A DNA stretch of 64,000 nt from Opitutales bacterium (GCA_028280845.1 JANQKZ010000041.1:8549-72548), one strand, 5' to 3'. Shown: positions 10,045 through 20,702, counted from the first letter of the stretch. Numbers and translations: made by a program. The notes: a model not told the origin generated them from the letters alone.

Positions 10045-10450
10045 AGGAGTTTCTTGATTGGGGTTCGATTCTTACTCACACCGGTTTGCAAACCAACCGG
10101 GTTAAAGGAACAAAGCGGTAGCTGTGGTAAAAGGGTCTAGCTTACCAAATTAAGTTGGGGGTTAGGGGTATTGGATTGGGGGATCACTTATGTAGAATTT
10201 CCGTGTGGAGGTTCCTACGCAGTGAGGTTGTTTAAACTGAATTAACTTTAATTAATTCGAGGCCCCAAAACCATGAGAATTTTCGTCAGTAACTTTTGAA
10301 AAGGACCTCCGGTTCCCTAACGGTTAAGCCCTGAAAAAAACATTTATCCATCATTAACTTACTATATATAAACAATTTATAAAATATTTATCCCAATCAG
10401 AATCCCCCCTCTGAAATTTTCGCTTTGTCAAACGATTCTGGCAGTCATGC

Positions 10451-11353
10451 TTAAATTTCACAACTTCCCTGGGATTCGGCATGGTGCTGCCGCATCCGCA
10501 GAACCGTCTCAACGAAGGGCTGCCGAGCATCGATATGAACGTTATGCCCGGCATCTTTGAGGGTAACGAGGCTCGAATGGGGAAAGTGGGTCTGGATCAA
10601 CTCGCGGTCTGTATCTTCGATAAAAGCCGATTTCCCACCCCGAATAAAAAGGCATGGGCCACGGAAATGATCCTCGGGCAACAGGGGATTGATCGTGATT
10701 TCATCATAATCCTGCAGCAGAACCTCGGCATTGACCTGCCATTTAAACGCATTCGTTTCAGCATCCCGAACAAGATTCGTGAGTAGGAATTTCCGCATAG
10801 CCCATTCTTCCTCAACCTTGACGAACTCCGCTTCCGCCGCCTCCCGGTTTTCCAGCTGCCTTAGATCGATTTGAACCATGGTCCGGAGGTAGTGCTCATA
10901 GTGGGGTTGGTAGTCTTTGGGGCTGATGTCGGCTATATACAGCTCCCCTACCCGATCCCAGTTGCGGCAGGCGGTGAGCATCGCCACCTTGCCGCCCATA
11001 CTATGCCCAAGGAGGGCTGCCTTATGGATCTGCTTCTGATTCATCCAAAGCAGGACATCTTCCATCATATCGTCAAAGGTATGAGTCAAGGTATGCGGGG
11101 ATTTGCCATGATTCCTCAAATCGAGCGCAAATACCTCAAAGGCCGTCGTCAGGTCCTTGGCCGCAATATTCCAGTTCCTGGAGGAGCCCAACAGACCGTG
11201 CAGGATAATAAGAGGCGGGTGTCCTTCTCCACCATAGTATCGGTAATTTAAATCGACTGCCACGTTCCCATTAAACTCGAAACCGGCCCTCAGAAAAGCG
11301 AATTCCCATTCTTTGCATCTTGATTCTTGAACCCCCTGAGCAGCTTCTTGCAT
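10451..11353 (-). CDS. alpha/beta-fold hydrolase (YbfF-like esterase)
   Basis: HGLLGS oxyanion region, nucleophile elbow GHSMGG, C-terminal GH.VH. The start was moved to the internal ATG at 11353 (MQEAAQG...), because the track ORF start at 11542 would overlap the divergent mutS gene. Confidence 0.75.
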   Translation of the reverse strand: MQEAAQGVQESRCKEWEFAFLRAGFEFNGNVAVDLNYRYYGGEGHPPLIILHGLLGSSRNWNIAAKDLTTAFEVFALDLRNHGKSPHTLTHTFDDMMEDVLLWMNQKQIHKAALLGHSMGGKVAMLTACRNWDRVGELYIADISPKDYQPHYEHYLRTMVQIDLRQLENREAAEAEFVKVEEEWAMRKFLLTNLVRDAETNAFKWQVNAEVLLQDYDEITINPLLPEDHFRGPCLFIRGGKSAFIEDTDRELIQTHFPHSSLVTLKDAGHNVHIDARQPFVETVLRMRQHHAESQGSCEI

Positions 11354-11507
11354 GCTCGTTCTAACCTTCACGGCCAAGGCAGCATCTACCAGCCCCAAAG
11401 CTTGTAAAAGCTGGCTTGCCAGCGATCCTCCACTCACAGAACCCAGCATCTCGAAGCATAGCGTAGACCCTGAGCGTAGTCGAAGGGGCAACGTCCAGAA
11501 ATTCCCC

Positions 11508-14081
11508 ATGCCCGCGGCAAAAAAGAAAAAGCTCACCCCCATGATGGAGCAATGGCATGTTCAACGTGCCAAACTGCCCGATGACACCCTGCTCTTTTTC
11601 CGCCTGGGAGACTTTTATGAGGTCTTTAATCAGGATGCAGAGGAAGGGTCACGTCTACTCGGGATTACCCTGACCCATCGGCATGGCATGCCCATGGCTG
11701 GCATCCCCTATCACGCAGCGGAGACTTACATCAATAAACTCCTCGCCGTAGGAAAAAAAGTGGCGATCTGCGACCAGGTCGAGGTCCCCCAAAGCGGAAA
11801 ACTGGTCAAGCGTGAACTGACACGCATCCTCACGCCCGGCACGATTGTGGAAAGCCACCAGATCCGGGATGACGAAAACCACTACCTCCTCGCCCTCCAT
11901 CTCACCCGGAGTGGAGTAGCCGCTGCCTGGTTGGATCTCTCGACCGGGCAGTTCGAGGCCGCTCACCAATCTTTCAATCAAGCCAGCCAGCTCCTCACCG
12001 TGTTTCATGGCCTGGACCCGAAAGAAGTTCTCATCCCCAAGGACTTTTGGAATGATCTGGAAAAAAAAGATGTGCCCAAACCCTTTGCCGATGGATTCTC
12101 CTTCTTCTCCGAAAACCGCCCCCTCACCACGCTGGACCGTTACCAATTTGATGATGAGTCCGGTTATACCCTGTTGCTGGAGACCCTCGGGGTTCTCAAT
12201 CTCGAAGGGTTCGGGTTGTCCAAATCCTTTAAGGCTCTGGGCGCTGCCGGAGCCGCGGTCCACTACGCCGCGGAAACCTTGTGTGCCCAACCCCGCAACC
12301 TGGCCAGAATCCGGGAGTTCCACCTCGACAACACCTTATTAGTCGACCCCTCCACTCAACGAAACCTGGAGCTGTTTAAAAGTGCCTCCGGTTCCCGCCA
12401 GGGGTCCCTCCTTCACGCCCTGAACCATACGGTAACGGCAGCAGGTTCCCGATTACTGGAGTCGTGGATGGCTGCCCCAAGCCTCGACCTCCCCGAAATC
12501 AAACGCCGGCAATCCTGTGTCCGCGGATTTGTCAAAGAGCCCTCTATCACCGGCGAACTCCGGAATCGGCTCCGCTCCGTCCGGGACATCATTCGCATCC
12601 TCAGCCGATTGCAGAACCGGATCCGCAATCCGCGAGAGTTGGGTGGTATTCGTGACACTCTGCAGCAGTTGCCTGCCATCGCCCTTACACTCCAGGAATT
12701 CCGATCCGAGACCGTAAAAGATCTCTCCAGCAGTATCGATAATTTTGATACCTTATCCGACCTCCTTTCAAGTGCCCTGGAAGATGACCTTCCCTCCAAC
12801 ATCCAGGATGGTGGAGCAATTCGCTCAGGATACGATAAAGACCTGGCCCACTTCCGCAACCTCACTTCGGATAGTAAAAACTGGCTGGCCAATCTCGAAG
12901 CCGAGGAACAGGAGCGCACCGGGATAAAGAATCTAAAAATCAAATTTAATGGGGCCTTCGGGTATTTTATCGAGGTGACCAAATCCAATCTTCACCTCGT
13001 CCCCGAAAATTACACCCGCCGCCAAACTATGGTGAATGCGGAACGATTTGTCACAGATGAGCTCAAGCAGAAAGAAAGAGAAATCCTTTCTGCCGAAGAA
13101 AAAGGGCTCGCCCGGGAAGAACTGCTCTTCCGTGAACTGATCCAGAAGATCCTCAGCTTTGCTGGGCCCCTCCGGCAAACCGCCGAGGCCCTTGCCGAAA
13201 TTGATTTATTCTCCGGTTGGGCTTCCCTGGCCCGGGATTGGGGCTATTGCGAGCCGTTAATCGATGAGGGCGGGGAAATTCACATCGAGCAGGGCCGCCA
13301 CCCCGTAGTTGAACAAATGCTAAAGGAAGACCGGCTGGGGCTGGCCGGGACCCATGCCTTCATCCCGAACGATACCCAGTTGCAAGCCAATGATGAACAG
13401 ATTGCGGTCATCACCGGACCTAACATGGCTGGTAAATCGACCTACATCCGTCAGGTTGCCCTGATCACTCTGATGGCCCACATGGGCTCCTGGGTCCCCG
13501 CACGCCAGTGCCGAATCGGATGGGTGGATCGCATCTTCTCCCGTGTCGGTGCCAGTGACGAGCTCGCCCGGGGCAACTCCACCTTCATGGTGGAAATGAA
13601 TGAAACCGCCAACATCCTCAACAACACCTCCGACCGCTCACTGATCATTCTCGATGAAATTGGTCGCGGCACCAGCACCTATGATGGACTCAGCATTGCA
13701 TGGTCGGTGGTCGAACACCTCCATGGTAAGGGAGATCGTGGTCCGCGCACTCTTTTTGCCACCCATTACCACGAGCTTACCCAGCTTTCCCGGATCCTCT
13801 CCAGAGTTCGGAATTACACAGTCGCAGTGAAAGAATGGAATGAGGAAATCATATTTGTTCGCCAGGTTGTCCCAGGGGCCGCGGACCGGTCATACGGCAT
13901 CCATGTAGCCCAGCTCGCCGGCCTGCCCGATTCGGTGATTCAGCGCGCCAAAACCATCCTTGCCAAATTGGAAGCCGATGACAGTTCACACAATTTACTC
14001 AGAAAGCGGATGAAACAGAGAGCCTCTCGCAGTGAAGGAGACCCCGGGGATGATTTTGACGATCAATTGGAGCTTTTTTGA
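11508..14081 (+). CDS. mutS: DNA mismatch repair protein MutS
   Basis: TPMMEQW..LLFFRLGDFYEVF N-terminus, Walker A GPNMAGKST, STFMVEM, DEIGRGTSTYDG, THYHEL. The start is set at ATG 11508 (MPAAKKKKLTPMMEQW), which gives a canonical MutS N-terminus. The track ORF start at 11352 is an upstream in-frame extension. Confidence 0.95.
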   Translation: MPAAKKKKLTPMMEQWHVQRAKLPDDTLLFFRLGDFYEVFNQDAEEGSRLLGITLTHRHGMPMAGIPYHAAETYINKLLAVGKKVAICDQVEVPQSGKLVKRELTRILTPGTIVESHQIRDDENHYLLALHLTRSGVAAAWLDLSTGQFEAAHQSFNQASQLLTVFHGLDPKEVLIPKDFWNDLEKKDVPKPFADGFSFFSENRPLTTLDRYQFDDESGYTLLLETLGVLNLEGFGLSKSFKALGAAGAAVHYAAETLCAQPRNLARIREFHLDNTLLVDPSTQRNLELFKSASGSRQGSLLHALNHTVTAAGSRLLESWMAAPSLDLPEIKRRQSCVRGFVKEPSITGELRNRLRSVRDIIRILSRLQNRIRNPRELGGIRDTLQQLPAIALTLQEFRSETVKDLSSSIDNFDTLSDLLSSALEDDLPSNIQDGGAIRSGYDKDLAHFRNLTSDSKNWLANLEAEEQERTGIKNLKIKFNGAFGYFIEVTKSNLHLVPENYTRRQTMVNAERFVTDELKQKEREILSAEEKGLAREELLFRELIQKILSFAGPLRQTAEALAEIDLFSGWASLARDWGYCEPLIDEGGEIHIEQGRHPVVEQMLKEDRLGLAGTHAFIPNDTQLQANDEQIAVITGPNMAGKSTYIRQVALITLMAHMGSWVPARQCRIGWVDRIFSRVGASDELARGNSTFMVEMNETANILNNTSDRSLIILDEIGRGTSTYDGLSIAWSVVEHLHGKGDRGPRTLFATHYHELTQLSRILSRVRNYTVAVKEWNEEIIFVRQVVPGAADRSYGIHVAQLAGLPDSVIQRAKTILAKLEADDSSHNLLRKRMKQRASRSEGDPGDDFDDQLELF

Positions 14082-15142
14082 GCGGATCGCCAGGATAACT
14101 TGGCCAGGAAGACTCCCCCCTGCTTCAACGATTGAAGCGGATGCCGGTGGTGGTTCATGAAAAAAGCGATATATGTATCTTCTCCGTCCTGAATCACCTC
14201 CGGGGCCAGGCAGGGCCACCAGTCTTCAGGATAATCGAAAAAGGGAAACAGATTGGCTACGAGGGGGGCTCCCTCAAATCGGAGCGGATCCCGGGAGGCG
14301 GCAACCTGGGTTTGCTCAAACTTGAAGTACCATCCCTCGTGGAAGACGACGAAAGGACTTTCTGCGTTCACAAAATCCACCCGTGAATGTACAATGTCCC
14401 TCGGTCGGTCCGGAGTCCCCATCCCCACGATATGCGGCTCGCTCCAGGGCCCCTTCAGCGATTGAGCTGTCCTGGCTACCACGTCAGTAAATTGTCGAGG
14501 TCCAAGCGCTTTTCTATCCCGGTCGATTGTGGTATAATAAACGATCCAGTTGCCGTCCACCGCCCGGTTGTCGAGCACCATTAAATCCCGCCCGGCTTCA
14601 CCGGTTTCAAACAACACGTAATTCCCCTGGTAGTCCTTGCCCTGCTCCCATTCGATTCCGTCCTCGCTGACCAGGAATTGGGCCGTATCGGCACTGTTAT
14701 GGAACATGTAAAAGGTTCCATCATCGTCGCGAACCACATGCGGGGCAAACAGCACGCCCTCGGTGTATCCAGCCTCGGGCGAGGAATCTGCCGTTGTCCA
14801 GAGAACGCCCTTCTCCTCCCATAGAGGCTGCGATAGGGATGGCGACTCCCATCGGAATAAAAAGTGAGCCGTCCCGGGAAAACTCGTATGCCGGACAGCT
14901 GATACTAACTGCCACATGCCATCCGAGCTCTGGTAGATGGTAAAATCGGATACCTGCTGGTGGTAACGGAGGGTTTGCTCGCCCGGCTCAGGTTTATGGT
15001 TCCATGGACCGGCATCGTAGTCCTCGTCTGCAATTTGCCACCATGCAGAACTTACGACCGGAATCATCTCAGGGGCTTTGGCCAAGAGGAGGACATGGGC
15101 CATACAAATCAAAACAGTACAAAACAGGGGAGTGTTGCTCAT
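14063..15142 (-). CDS. secreted beta-propeller protein, possibly a GH43/GH32-clan-like glycoside hydrolase
   Basis: 359-aa ORF with a signal-like N-terminus. Repeated blade-like segments (APHVVRDDDGTFYMFHN, GNWIVYYT, ESPFVVFHEGWYFKF). Family assignment is tentative. The 3' end overlaps the convergent mutS stop by 19 nt. Confidence 0.4.
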   Translation of the reverse strand: MSNTPLFCTVLICMAHVLLLAKAPEMIPVVSSAWWQIADEDYDAGPWNHKPEPGEQTLRYHQQVSDFTIYQSSDGMWQLVSAVRHTSFPGTAHFLFRWESPSLSQPLWEEKGVLWTTADSSPEAGYTEGVLFAPHVVRDDDGTFYMFHNSADTAQFLVSEDGIEWEQGKDYQGNYVLFETGEAGRDLMVLDNRAVDGNWIVYYTTIDRDRKALGPRQFTDVVARTAQSLKGPWSEPHIVGMGTPDRPRDIVHSRVDFVNAESPFVVFHEGWYFKFEQTQVAASRDPLRFEGAPLVANLFPFFDYPEDWWPCLAPEVIQDGEDTYIAFFMNHHRHPLQSLKQGGVFLAKLSWRSAQKSSN

Positions 15143-15153
15143 AAGCTGCTGAG

Positions 15154-15738
15154 TTATTGAGAGTGAATGCTTTCTTCGGATTTCATCATGGCAAGCAATT
15201 TATCAAACCGCTTTGCGCGTATGTCCGGCTTCGTAGCTGTCTGAAGCCGAAAGTAAATCGCATATTGGTTCACCTTGTCTAAAGTTCCATAAAACTCCTC
15301 TGCTTGAGGATCCTGCTTCAGCGCCGCTAGAAAATCCCGGTGTTGCCGGAAAGTGGACTGTCCGGCATAAGCCCGTTTCCACCTCCCGTCCCGTTTGGCG
15401 GCTCGGACCTCCACCATACCCCGCTCTCGCATGCGCCCAGCCTTTTGCAGGTCCTTCACTTTCTGAGTATTGATTTTAGACCACATGCTTTTTGGCCTCC
15501 TCGGAGTGAACCTTTGAATATAATACTGGGTATCCCAGGTCTTTGTCTGGCCATCAATCCATCCAAAACACAATCCGCACTCTACAATTTCCATGTAGGT
15601 GGGTGAACCGCCCCCGGCACCTTTTTTGGCTATCTTAATCCAAACGCCCTCGTGGGTATGACAATGACTGGCTAGCCAGGTCTCCAGATCGGTGACGCTG
15701 TCCACGTGTAACACGGGGAGATCAAGCTCCTTGGTCAT
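15154..15738 (-). CDS. YdeI/OmpD-associated family protein
   Basis: 194-aa ORF with the family pattern WL..H....GVW.K..KK, FGWIDG, RFTPRR..S.WS..N, and a C-terminal F..L....Q..Y.....AK....R..R segment. Confidence 0.75.
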   Translation of the reverse strand: MTKELDLPVLHVDSVTDLETWLASHCHTHEGVWIKIAKKGAGGGSPTYMEIVECGLCFGWIDGQTKTWDTQYYIQRFTPRRPKSMWSKINTQKVKDLQKAGRMRERGMVEVRAAKRDGRWKRAYAGQSTFRQHRDFLAALKQDPQAEEFYGTLDKVNQYAIYFRLQTATKPDIRAKRFDKLLAMMKSEESIHSQ

Positions 15739-15837
15739 GGCAGAATCTTGCTGACCGACAGCTCAACCGTCAAAACGATGCCCTCGTCCGTTGAGCCCGG
15801 CTCCCAGCAAGGTCAGGTTGAGACGCAAAAACGCCGG

Positions 15838-18282
15838 CTAAAGGTCCCGGAGCGCTTCCATTGGTGTGATGCGCGATGCCTTCAAAGCGGGAAGCAGTAC
15901 AGCCATTAGACCCGCGACCATGATAATAATAAACGGAATCAGATAGAGCATGGGATTCCACATGCTGGAAAACCCAAAGGCGCTTTGCAGGGCCTGGGTT
16001 ATCCCCATTCCCAGAAGCAGACCAAGCCCTAAGCCGATCAGGATTTGCAGCATGCCTTGCGAGAGCACGCGACTTAAAATGCTGCTTCCACTGGCTCCCA
16101 GTGCGATCCGTATACCAAATTCCCGGGTGCGTTGCTGGGTAGAAAAGGATATCACACCGTAGATCCCGATGGCGGCGAGCAAAAGCGCGACCACTCCCGT
16201 TACCGCAAAAATCTGGGTCATCGTATTCAGGCCCCGCTGGTTTTCCTCCATTTGGGCCTGAACTGTCTTCGGATTTCCAAAAACGATAGCGGGATTCACC
16301 TCCTGCACGATTTTGGATACCACGGGAATTAATGCCGCCGGGTCGGCCGTGGTCTTTAAAAAAACCGTTCGATTCCGCTCGGCAGTCTGGGAAGACGGCC
16401 GATAAATATGCGGGTAGCCATAGGGAAGATCCCCGTAGGCATCCGTATCGATATCCGGGATGACTCCGACAATTCGATTCCATGGCATGTCTGAGCGCCA
16501 GCTATCCCGTATCCGTTTTCCGATCGGGCTTTCACCTGGCCAGAACTGCTCAGCCATCGACTGATTAATCACAATGATCTCTTCCCGGTCCGGGTCATCC
16601 GGGTCGAGCAGCGTATCCGTTTTCAGGAATCCACGGCCTTGAATAATCGGGATCCCCAACGCCTCAAAGTAATCCGGGGATACCGTCTCATTCATCACAT
16701 TATCATACTCACTGGGATCCGCGTATTCCTTACCTTCAATGATCATTCGGCTCCGCCAGGGGTAGACCATGGCAAAAGCGGAGGTTGATCCCGAGGCCTC
16801 TACTCCGGGCAGGGCTTCCAGCCGTTCATCCAGTAACTCATAGAAGCCATTGACATCCTCCAATTCGGCAATCGTCTGCTCACTGATGGAGATGTATCCC
16901 TGCAAGACCTGTTTCGGCTCAAACGGCACCTTGATTTCACCGAGCTGTAAGGTCGTCTGAATCATAAAGAAGGCCCCAATGATGGCTCCGTACGACATGG
17001 CTATTTGCAGAACGATAAGGATCTTCGTAAAACGCTGCGATTTCCCACCCGAGCTACTCCTGCTCTCATCATTGAGCACACTTCGGATGTCGGGGCGTGA
17101 GGCCTGAAATGCCGGATAGAGACCGGAGATGATCGAGGCCATGAGAACCACCACGCTTACGACGAGAAATACATGGGGAGAAAACTCGAAAGTCATCCAG
17201 TATGGAATCTCAAGGGCATGGAGCTGATGAACGACCAGCTCCGTGGAATACCCCGCAAGCAGGAGGCCGAGCAGCCCTCCCAATACGGCAATGACCAGGC
17301 TCTCCGTGAGAATCTGGAAAACTAAACGCCCTCGGGAAGCTCCTACTGCACTACGTATGGCCAACTCTTTGGATCGGGACACCGACTTAGCCAAAAGCAA
17401 GTTGGCCACGTTCGCACAGGCGATAAACAAGACCAGGATAACCGACACCATCATACTCCACATAATGGCCTTTGCCCCTTCGACATATTGGTCCGTGAAC
17501 GTCCGCAATCGCATCCGTGTATACAAGGCGTTGGTTTCGGGATATTCGTTTGCTATGTTCTGGGCGATAGTAGCCAGTTGGGCCAGGGCCATACCCTCAC
17601 TCACCTCATCTTTCAGGTATCCATAAACCCATACTTGGGGGTCATCTCCCTTCTTTTGCGCTTTGGAATCCTCCGTGTAGGGAACCCATGCGTCGTGGAG
17701 CACCGGAAAATGGAAGCCTTTCGGCATAATCCCAATCAGGGTGTAGGCCTCATTATTGATCCATAAAGGTTGGCCGATCAGGCTTTCATCTCCCTCCAGG
17801 TGACGCTCCCAGTAATCATGCCCAATGAGGACCACGGGCTCGGCCCCCGGCTTGTCTTCCCCTTCGGTAAATCCGCGCCCCAATACCGGTTCAACTCCCA
17901 AGACCTCGGTCAGGTTTGCGGAGGAACGAACAAAACTGAGAGGGATCACGTTATCATCTTTTTTCCGCAGATTGCCCCCCGCGTAAGTAAAAAATCCCAA
18001 GTGGTTGAACACATCCTGCTCATCTCGAATGATCTCATAGTCCTGGATCCGGATAAACCGGTGCATGTTCTCATTGGGAATTTCCCAATCCAATACTTTC
18101 AGCTCCTCTCCAGGGCGGTAGCTGACCCCCTTTAACACCACCCCGTACAGAATGATATACATCGTGGTGACAAGGGCAATTCCCAGGGCAAGGGCCGCCA
18201 CAGACATGATGGAAAAGCCAGGGAAACGCTTCAGCAGCCGAAGCGTGTGTTTCAGATCAATCCAAATAGAGTTATGATTCAT
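15838..18282 (-). CDS. ADOP-type duplicated ABC transporter permease (MacB-like/FtsX x2)
   Basis: 814-aa ORF. Typical N-terminus (DLKHTLRLLKRFPGFSIMSVAALALGIALVT). Two periplasmic MacB-like cores, each followed by an FtsX 3-4 TM bundle. No adjacent ATPase gene in the window. Confidence 0.85.
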   Translation of the reverse strand: MNHNSIWIDLKHTLRLLKRFPGFSIMSVAALALGIALVTTMYIILYGVVLKGVSYRPGEELKVLDWEIPNENMHRFIRIQDYEIIRDEQDVFNHLGFFTYAGGNLRKKDDNVIPLSFVRSSANLTEVLGVEPVLGRGFTEGEDKPGAEPVVLIGHDYWERHLEGDESLIGQPLWINNEAYTLIGIMPKGFHFPVLHDAWVPYTEDSKAQKKGDDPQVWVYGYLKDEVSEGMALAQLATIAQNIANEYPETNALYTRMRLRTFTDQYVEGAKAIMWSMMVSVILVLFIACANVANLLLAKSVSRSKELAIRSAVGASRGRLVFQILTESLVIAVLGGLLGLLLAGYSTELVVHQLHALEIPYWMTFEFSPHVFLVVSVVVLMASIISGLYPAFQASRPDIRSVLNDESRSSSGGKSQRFTKILIVLQIAMSYGAIIGAFFMIQTTLQLGEIKVPFEPKQVLQGYISISEQTIAELEDVNGFYELLDERLEALPGVEASGSTSAFAMVYPWRSRMIIEGKEYADPSEYDNVMNETVSPDYFEALGIPIIQGRGFLKTDTLLDPDDPDREEIIVINQSMAEQFWPGESPIGKRIRDSWRSDMPWNRIVGVIPDIDTDAYGDLPYGYPHIYRPSSQTAERNRTVFLKTTADPAALIPVVSKIVQEVNPAIVFGNPKTVQAQMEENQRGLNTMTQIFAVTGVVALLLAAIGIYGVISFSTQQRTREFGIRIALGASGSSILSRVLSQGMLQILIGLGLGLLLGMGITQALQSAFGFSSMWNPMLYLIPFIIIMVAGLMAVLLPALKASRITPMEALRDL

Positions 18283-18446
18283 GGGAGTCAGGGAGGTTAG
18301 GTGTGGCCCCGGCCATGAATATTCCTCTCAACAGAGGTAAACTAAAGAAGCTGTAGGATTAGATTCAAACAAGCGTTTAAAATCAAGGGTTTTATGCAAA
18401 GCCATGCTTTTTCCTCTGGCAGTCGCCTATTCAAAACCACAAGGCA

Positions 18447-19136
18447 TTAAGTAACAGGGCGTTGCGCAAACAGGCACCATTGATCATTGAATCCATCGGT
18501 CAGTCCGCCCCGCTCGTCAAAAAGGACAAATTTTGCCATGATCTGCCGAATTTCGGGCTCTGGGTACACCGTCCTGAAGGCGCTCGCGGTCACCGCGTTA
18601 GGGGGAGAGCGAAACCAGCTCGAGAAGAAGCGGCCACCGGGTTTTAACACTCTGAAAATCTCATCCACATAGCGCTGGGCGACAGATAGCGTCTCCAGAT
18701 GGGAGAAGAGGGACATACAGAGGACGGCATCAACCGTTTGAGATTTAACAGGAAGTCGCAAAGCTGCGGGGTCCAGTTTCCCCTTGGGATTATACTGTTC
18801 GTTTTTCCAGTCCACCCACTTAAATGAAAAGCGTTTGTCTTTACCCAACGCAGCCTTGGAAAACTGAATGGACGCCTGGATGGGATCCAGGCCTATGTAC
18901 TTCCCGATTGGATACGCCTGCAATCCAAGCCCCATCCGCGCATTCCCGGAGCCGATATCGAGGACAAAATTCCCCTCCTGGATGACCCCCTTTTGCAGGA
19001 GTTCGTGGGTCTCATTGTAGGTCTGCTCGTAGGCATTCCGAATCGCTTCGTCATCTTTGAAGTGATGGCCAAAATCCAGCTCACGGTGGACGGCCTGCCA
19101 GGATTCGAGTGAAATGTAATCAGGTGATACCTCCAT
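18447..19136 (-). CDS. class I SAM-dependent methyltransferase
   Basis: 229-aa ORF with SAM-binding motif I (VLDIGSGNARMG) and a post-I acidic residue (GLDP). Confidence 0.7.
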   Translation of the reverse strand: MEVSPDYISLESWQAVHRELDFGHHFKDDEAIRNAYEQTYNETHELLQKGVIQEGNFVLDIGSGNARMGLGLQAYPIGKYIGLDPIQASIQFSKAALGKDKRFSFKWVDWKNEQYNPKGKLDPAALRLPVKSQTVDAVLCMSLFSHLETLSVAQRYVDEIFRVLKPGGRFFSSWFRSPPNAVTASAFRTVYPEPEIRQIMAKFVLFDERGGLTDGFNDQWCLFAQRPVT

Positions 19137-19214
19137 TATCCAATAGCACGATGTTGCGTGTTCTCATCCTTTCGTGGATCCGGGGGCTGCGTCAACCGAA
19201 GCTTTGGCATAACT

Positions 19215-19301
19215 TGGTCCCCGGGGTGGGACTTGAACCCACACGCCCTTGCGGGCAAAAGATTTTAAGTCTTCAGCGTCTGCCAATTCCGCCACCCGGG
19301 G
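19215..19301 (-). tRNA. tRNA-Leu (anticodon UAA), class II with long variable arm, CCA encoded
   Basis: The minus strand reads CCCCGGG-TG-GCGGAATTGGCAGACGC..CTTAAAA..GCCCGCAAGGGC..GTGGGTTCAAGTCCCAC-CCCGGGG-A-CCA. It has a 7-bp acceptor stem, U8, A14, G18G19, a T-loop TTCAAGT, a variable-arm hairpin, A73 and anticodon TAA. Extra complementarity (GT..AC) makes the exact 5' end uncertain by 2 nt. Confidence 0.9.
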
Positions 19302-19407
19302 ACTCAAATTTAAAGACGAAAACGTGGGCTCCTTTCACCATCGTGGCAAGTAATTTGTTCAATCCTGGCAAGGGCCAAGCCCCATCTGGACGGATCAACC
19401 TTAGCAC

Positions 19408-20496
19408 CTACTTCATATCCTTAACCGAATCCCCAATCATCAATCGAGGTTCAACCATAACATTCAGGGAGGGATGAAAACCTGGATTGTCGAGGCGCCA
19501 CAGAAGCTGATCTACCGCACGCTGGCCCATAAGCTCAGCCCCTATATTGACGGAAGTCAGAGAGAGGCCCAGCGGCTCGATTAATTTGCGCTCGTAATTG
19601 CACGAGACGATGCTGATGTCCTCCCCGACCCGGATACCGCGTCGTTCCAGAATTTTGTAGGTTTGAGCCACGACATAGTCGCTCCCGATAAACCAACCGG
19701 TGGGTCGAACATCCTCCGGGGTCGTTTCCCATTCAGCCACGAAGGGCTCCAGATCTTTCACCAGGTCAATGTTGGGTCGGGGCAACTGGATTTTCCAGCT
19801 GGAGGAAACGCCTTCGTAGACTGCGACGTTCAGACCGTATTTGGAAGATTCAGCCAGGAAATGAGTCTTTAATCGCTCCTGCACCGTGCTACCCGGACGT
19901 ATATTGAAAAACCCGATGCGCTGGTGACCCAGCGCCGAAAAATGTCGTAGCACCAAATTACACGTCTGGGCAGGATCATATGTAATAATATCTCCCTGCC
20001 AGCCAGGAGGCTTCGCGAAAAGCCAGACGGAAGGATAACGATGGATACTGTCAATGAATGAATTCTCGCTGGCCTTCGGCAGGTCTCCCCCAAATGGCCC
20101 CCGGAGAATGAGCCCATCCACTCCTCCTTCATTTATGAACGCAGGAACGTGGTCCAGCTCGGGAACATTGGCCATTTGCATACTCCGACCGAACCGGGCC
20201 AGTTGATGCTCAATGCCCTTAAAAGCCTCAGAGGTGACCGGTTGGTCCACAAAAACCTGATCCAACCCAAAAATGACCACACCTACGCTACCTTTCCGCT
20301 CCGGGTCTCCCAGATCATCGTGCTGGCTCGCACGGCGCTTTCGCAACCGCACGTAATTGAGGCGCTTGGCGGCTTCCAATACCCTTAACCGCGCTTCCTG
20401 ATTTACGCTGGGATGATTATTTAAAACTCGGGAAGCCGTGCCTAATGCCACACCGGCCTCCTTAGCCACATCGGTAATCGTAACCTTTGGATCCAT
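19408..20496 (-). CDS. LacI family transcriptional regulator
   Basis: N-terminal HTH (VTITDVAKEAGVALGTASRVLNNHPSVNQEARLRVLEAAKRLNY) followed by a periplasmic-binding-protein-like sugar-binding fold. Confidence 0.9.
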   Translation of the reverse strand: MDPKVTITDVAKEAGVALGTASRVLNNHPSVNQEARLRVLEAAKRLNYVRLRKRRASQHDDLGDPERKGSVGVVIFGLDQVFVDQPVTSEAFKGIEHQLARFGRSMQMANVPELDHVPAFINEGGVDGLILRGPFGGDLPKASENSFIDSIHRYPSVWLFAKPPGWQGDIITYDPAQTCNLVLRHFSALGHQRIGFFNIRPGSTVQERLKTHFLAESSKYGLNVAVYEGVSSSWKIQLPRPNIDLVKDLEPFVAEWETTPEDVRPTGWFIGSDYVVAQTYKILERRGIRVGEDISIVSCNYERKLIEPLGLSLTSVNIGAELMGQRAVDQLLWRLDNPGFHPSLNVMVEPRLMIGDSVKDMK

Positions 20497-20702
20497 TGAC
20501 TGTACTTTAAGGAATTATTACCGAACACCGTCTCTTAGTTGATGAATTTTCCTCACCCATGCAATGGCTTATTTCGTCAATTTTGCACATTTTCACCTGC
20601 CTGGCTCAAGCTGAGCAGGAGTCTCACCTGAAGCGTTATTCAGGGAAATTGTCGCGTTGGTTATCAGCGCAATTCCGTGCCAGGGAATCGCTGAATACCC
20701 CC

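Noticed and set aside
11352-11542. Apparent 190-bp overlap of the divergent hydrolase (track start 11542) and mutS (track start 11352) ORFs. Similar over-long starts occur at 48767 (TPR-like), 21416 (HAD) and 41586 (immunity candidate).
   Set aside because: Internal ATGs at 11353, 11508, 48626, 21356 and 41529 give canonical N-termini or signal peptides and remove the overlaps. The upstream extensions encode featureless sequence.
19215-19301. tRNA-Leu as an integration site for a genomic island.
   Set aside because: No integrase, no direct repeat of the tRNA 3' end, and ordinary genes on both sides (methyltransferase, LacI regulator). The accessory island lies 18 kb away with its own repeats.
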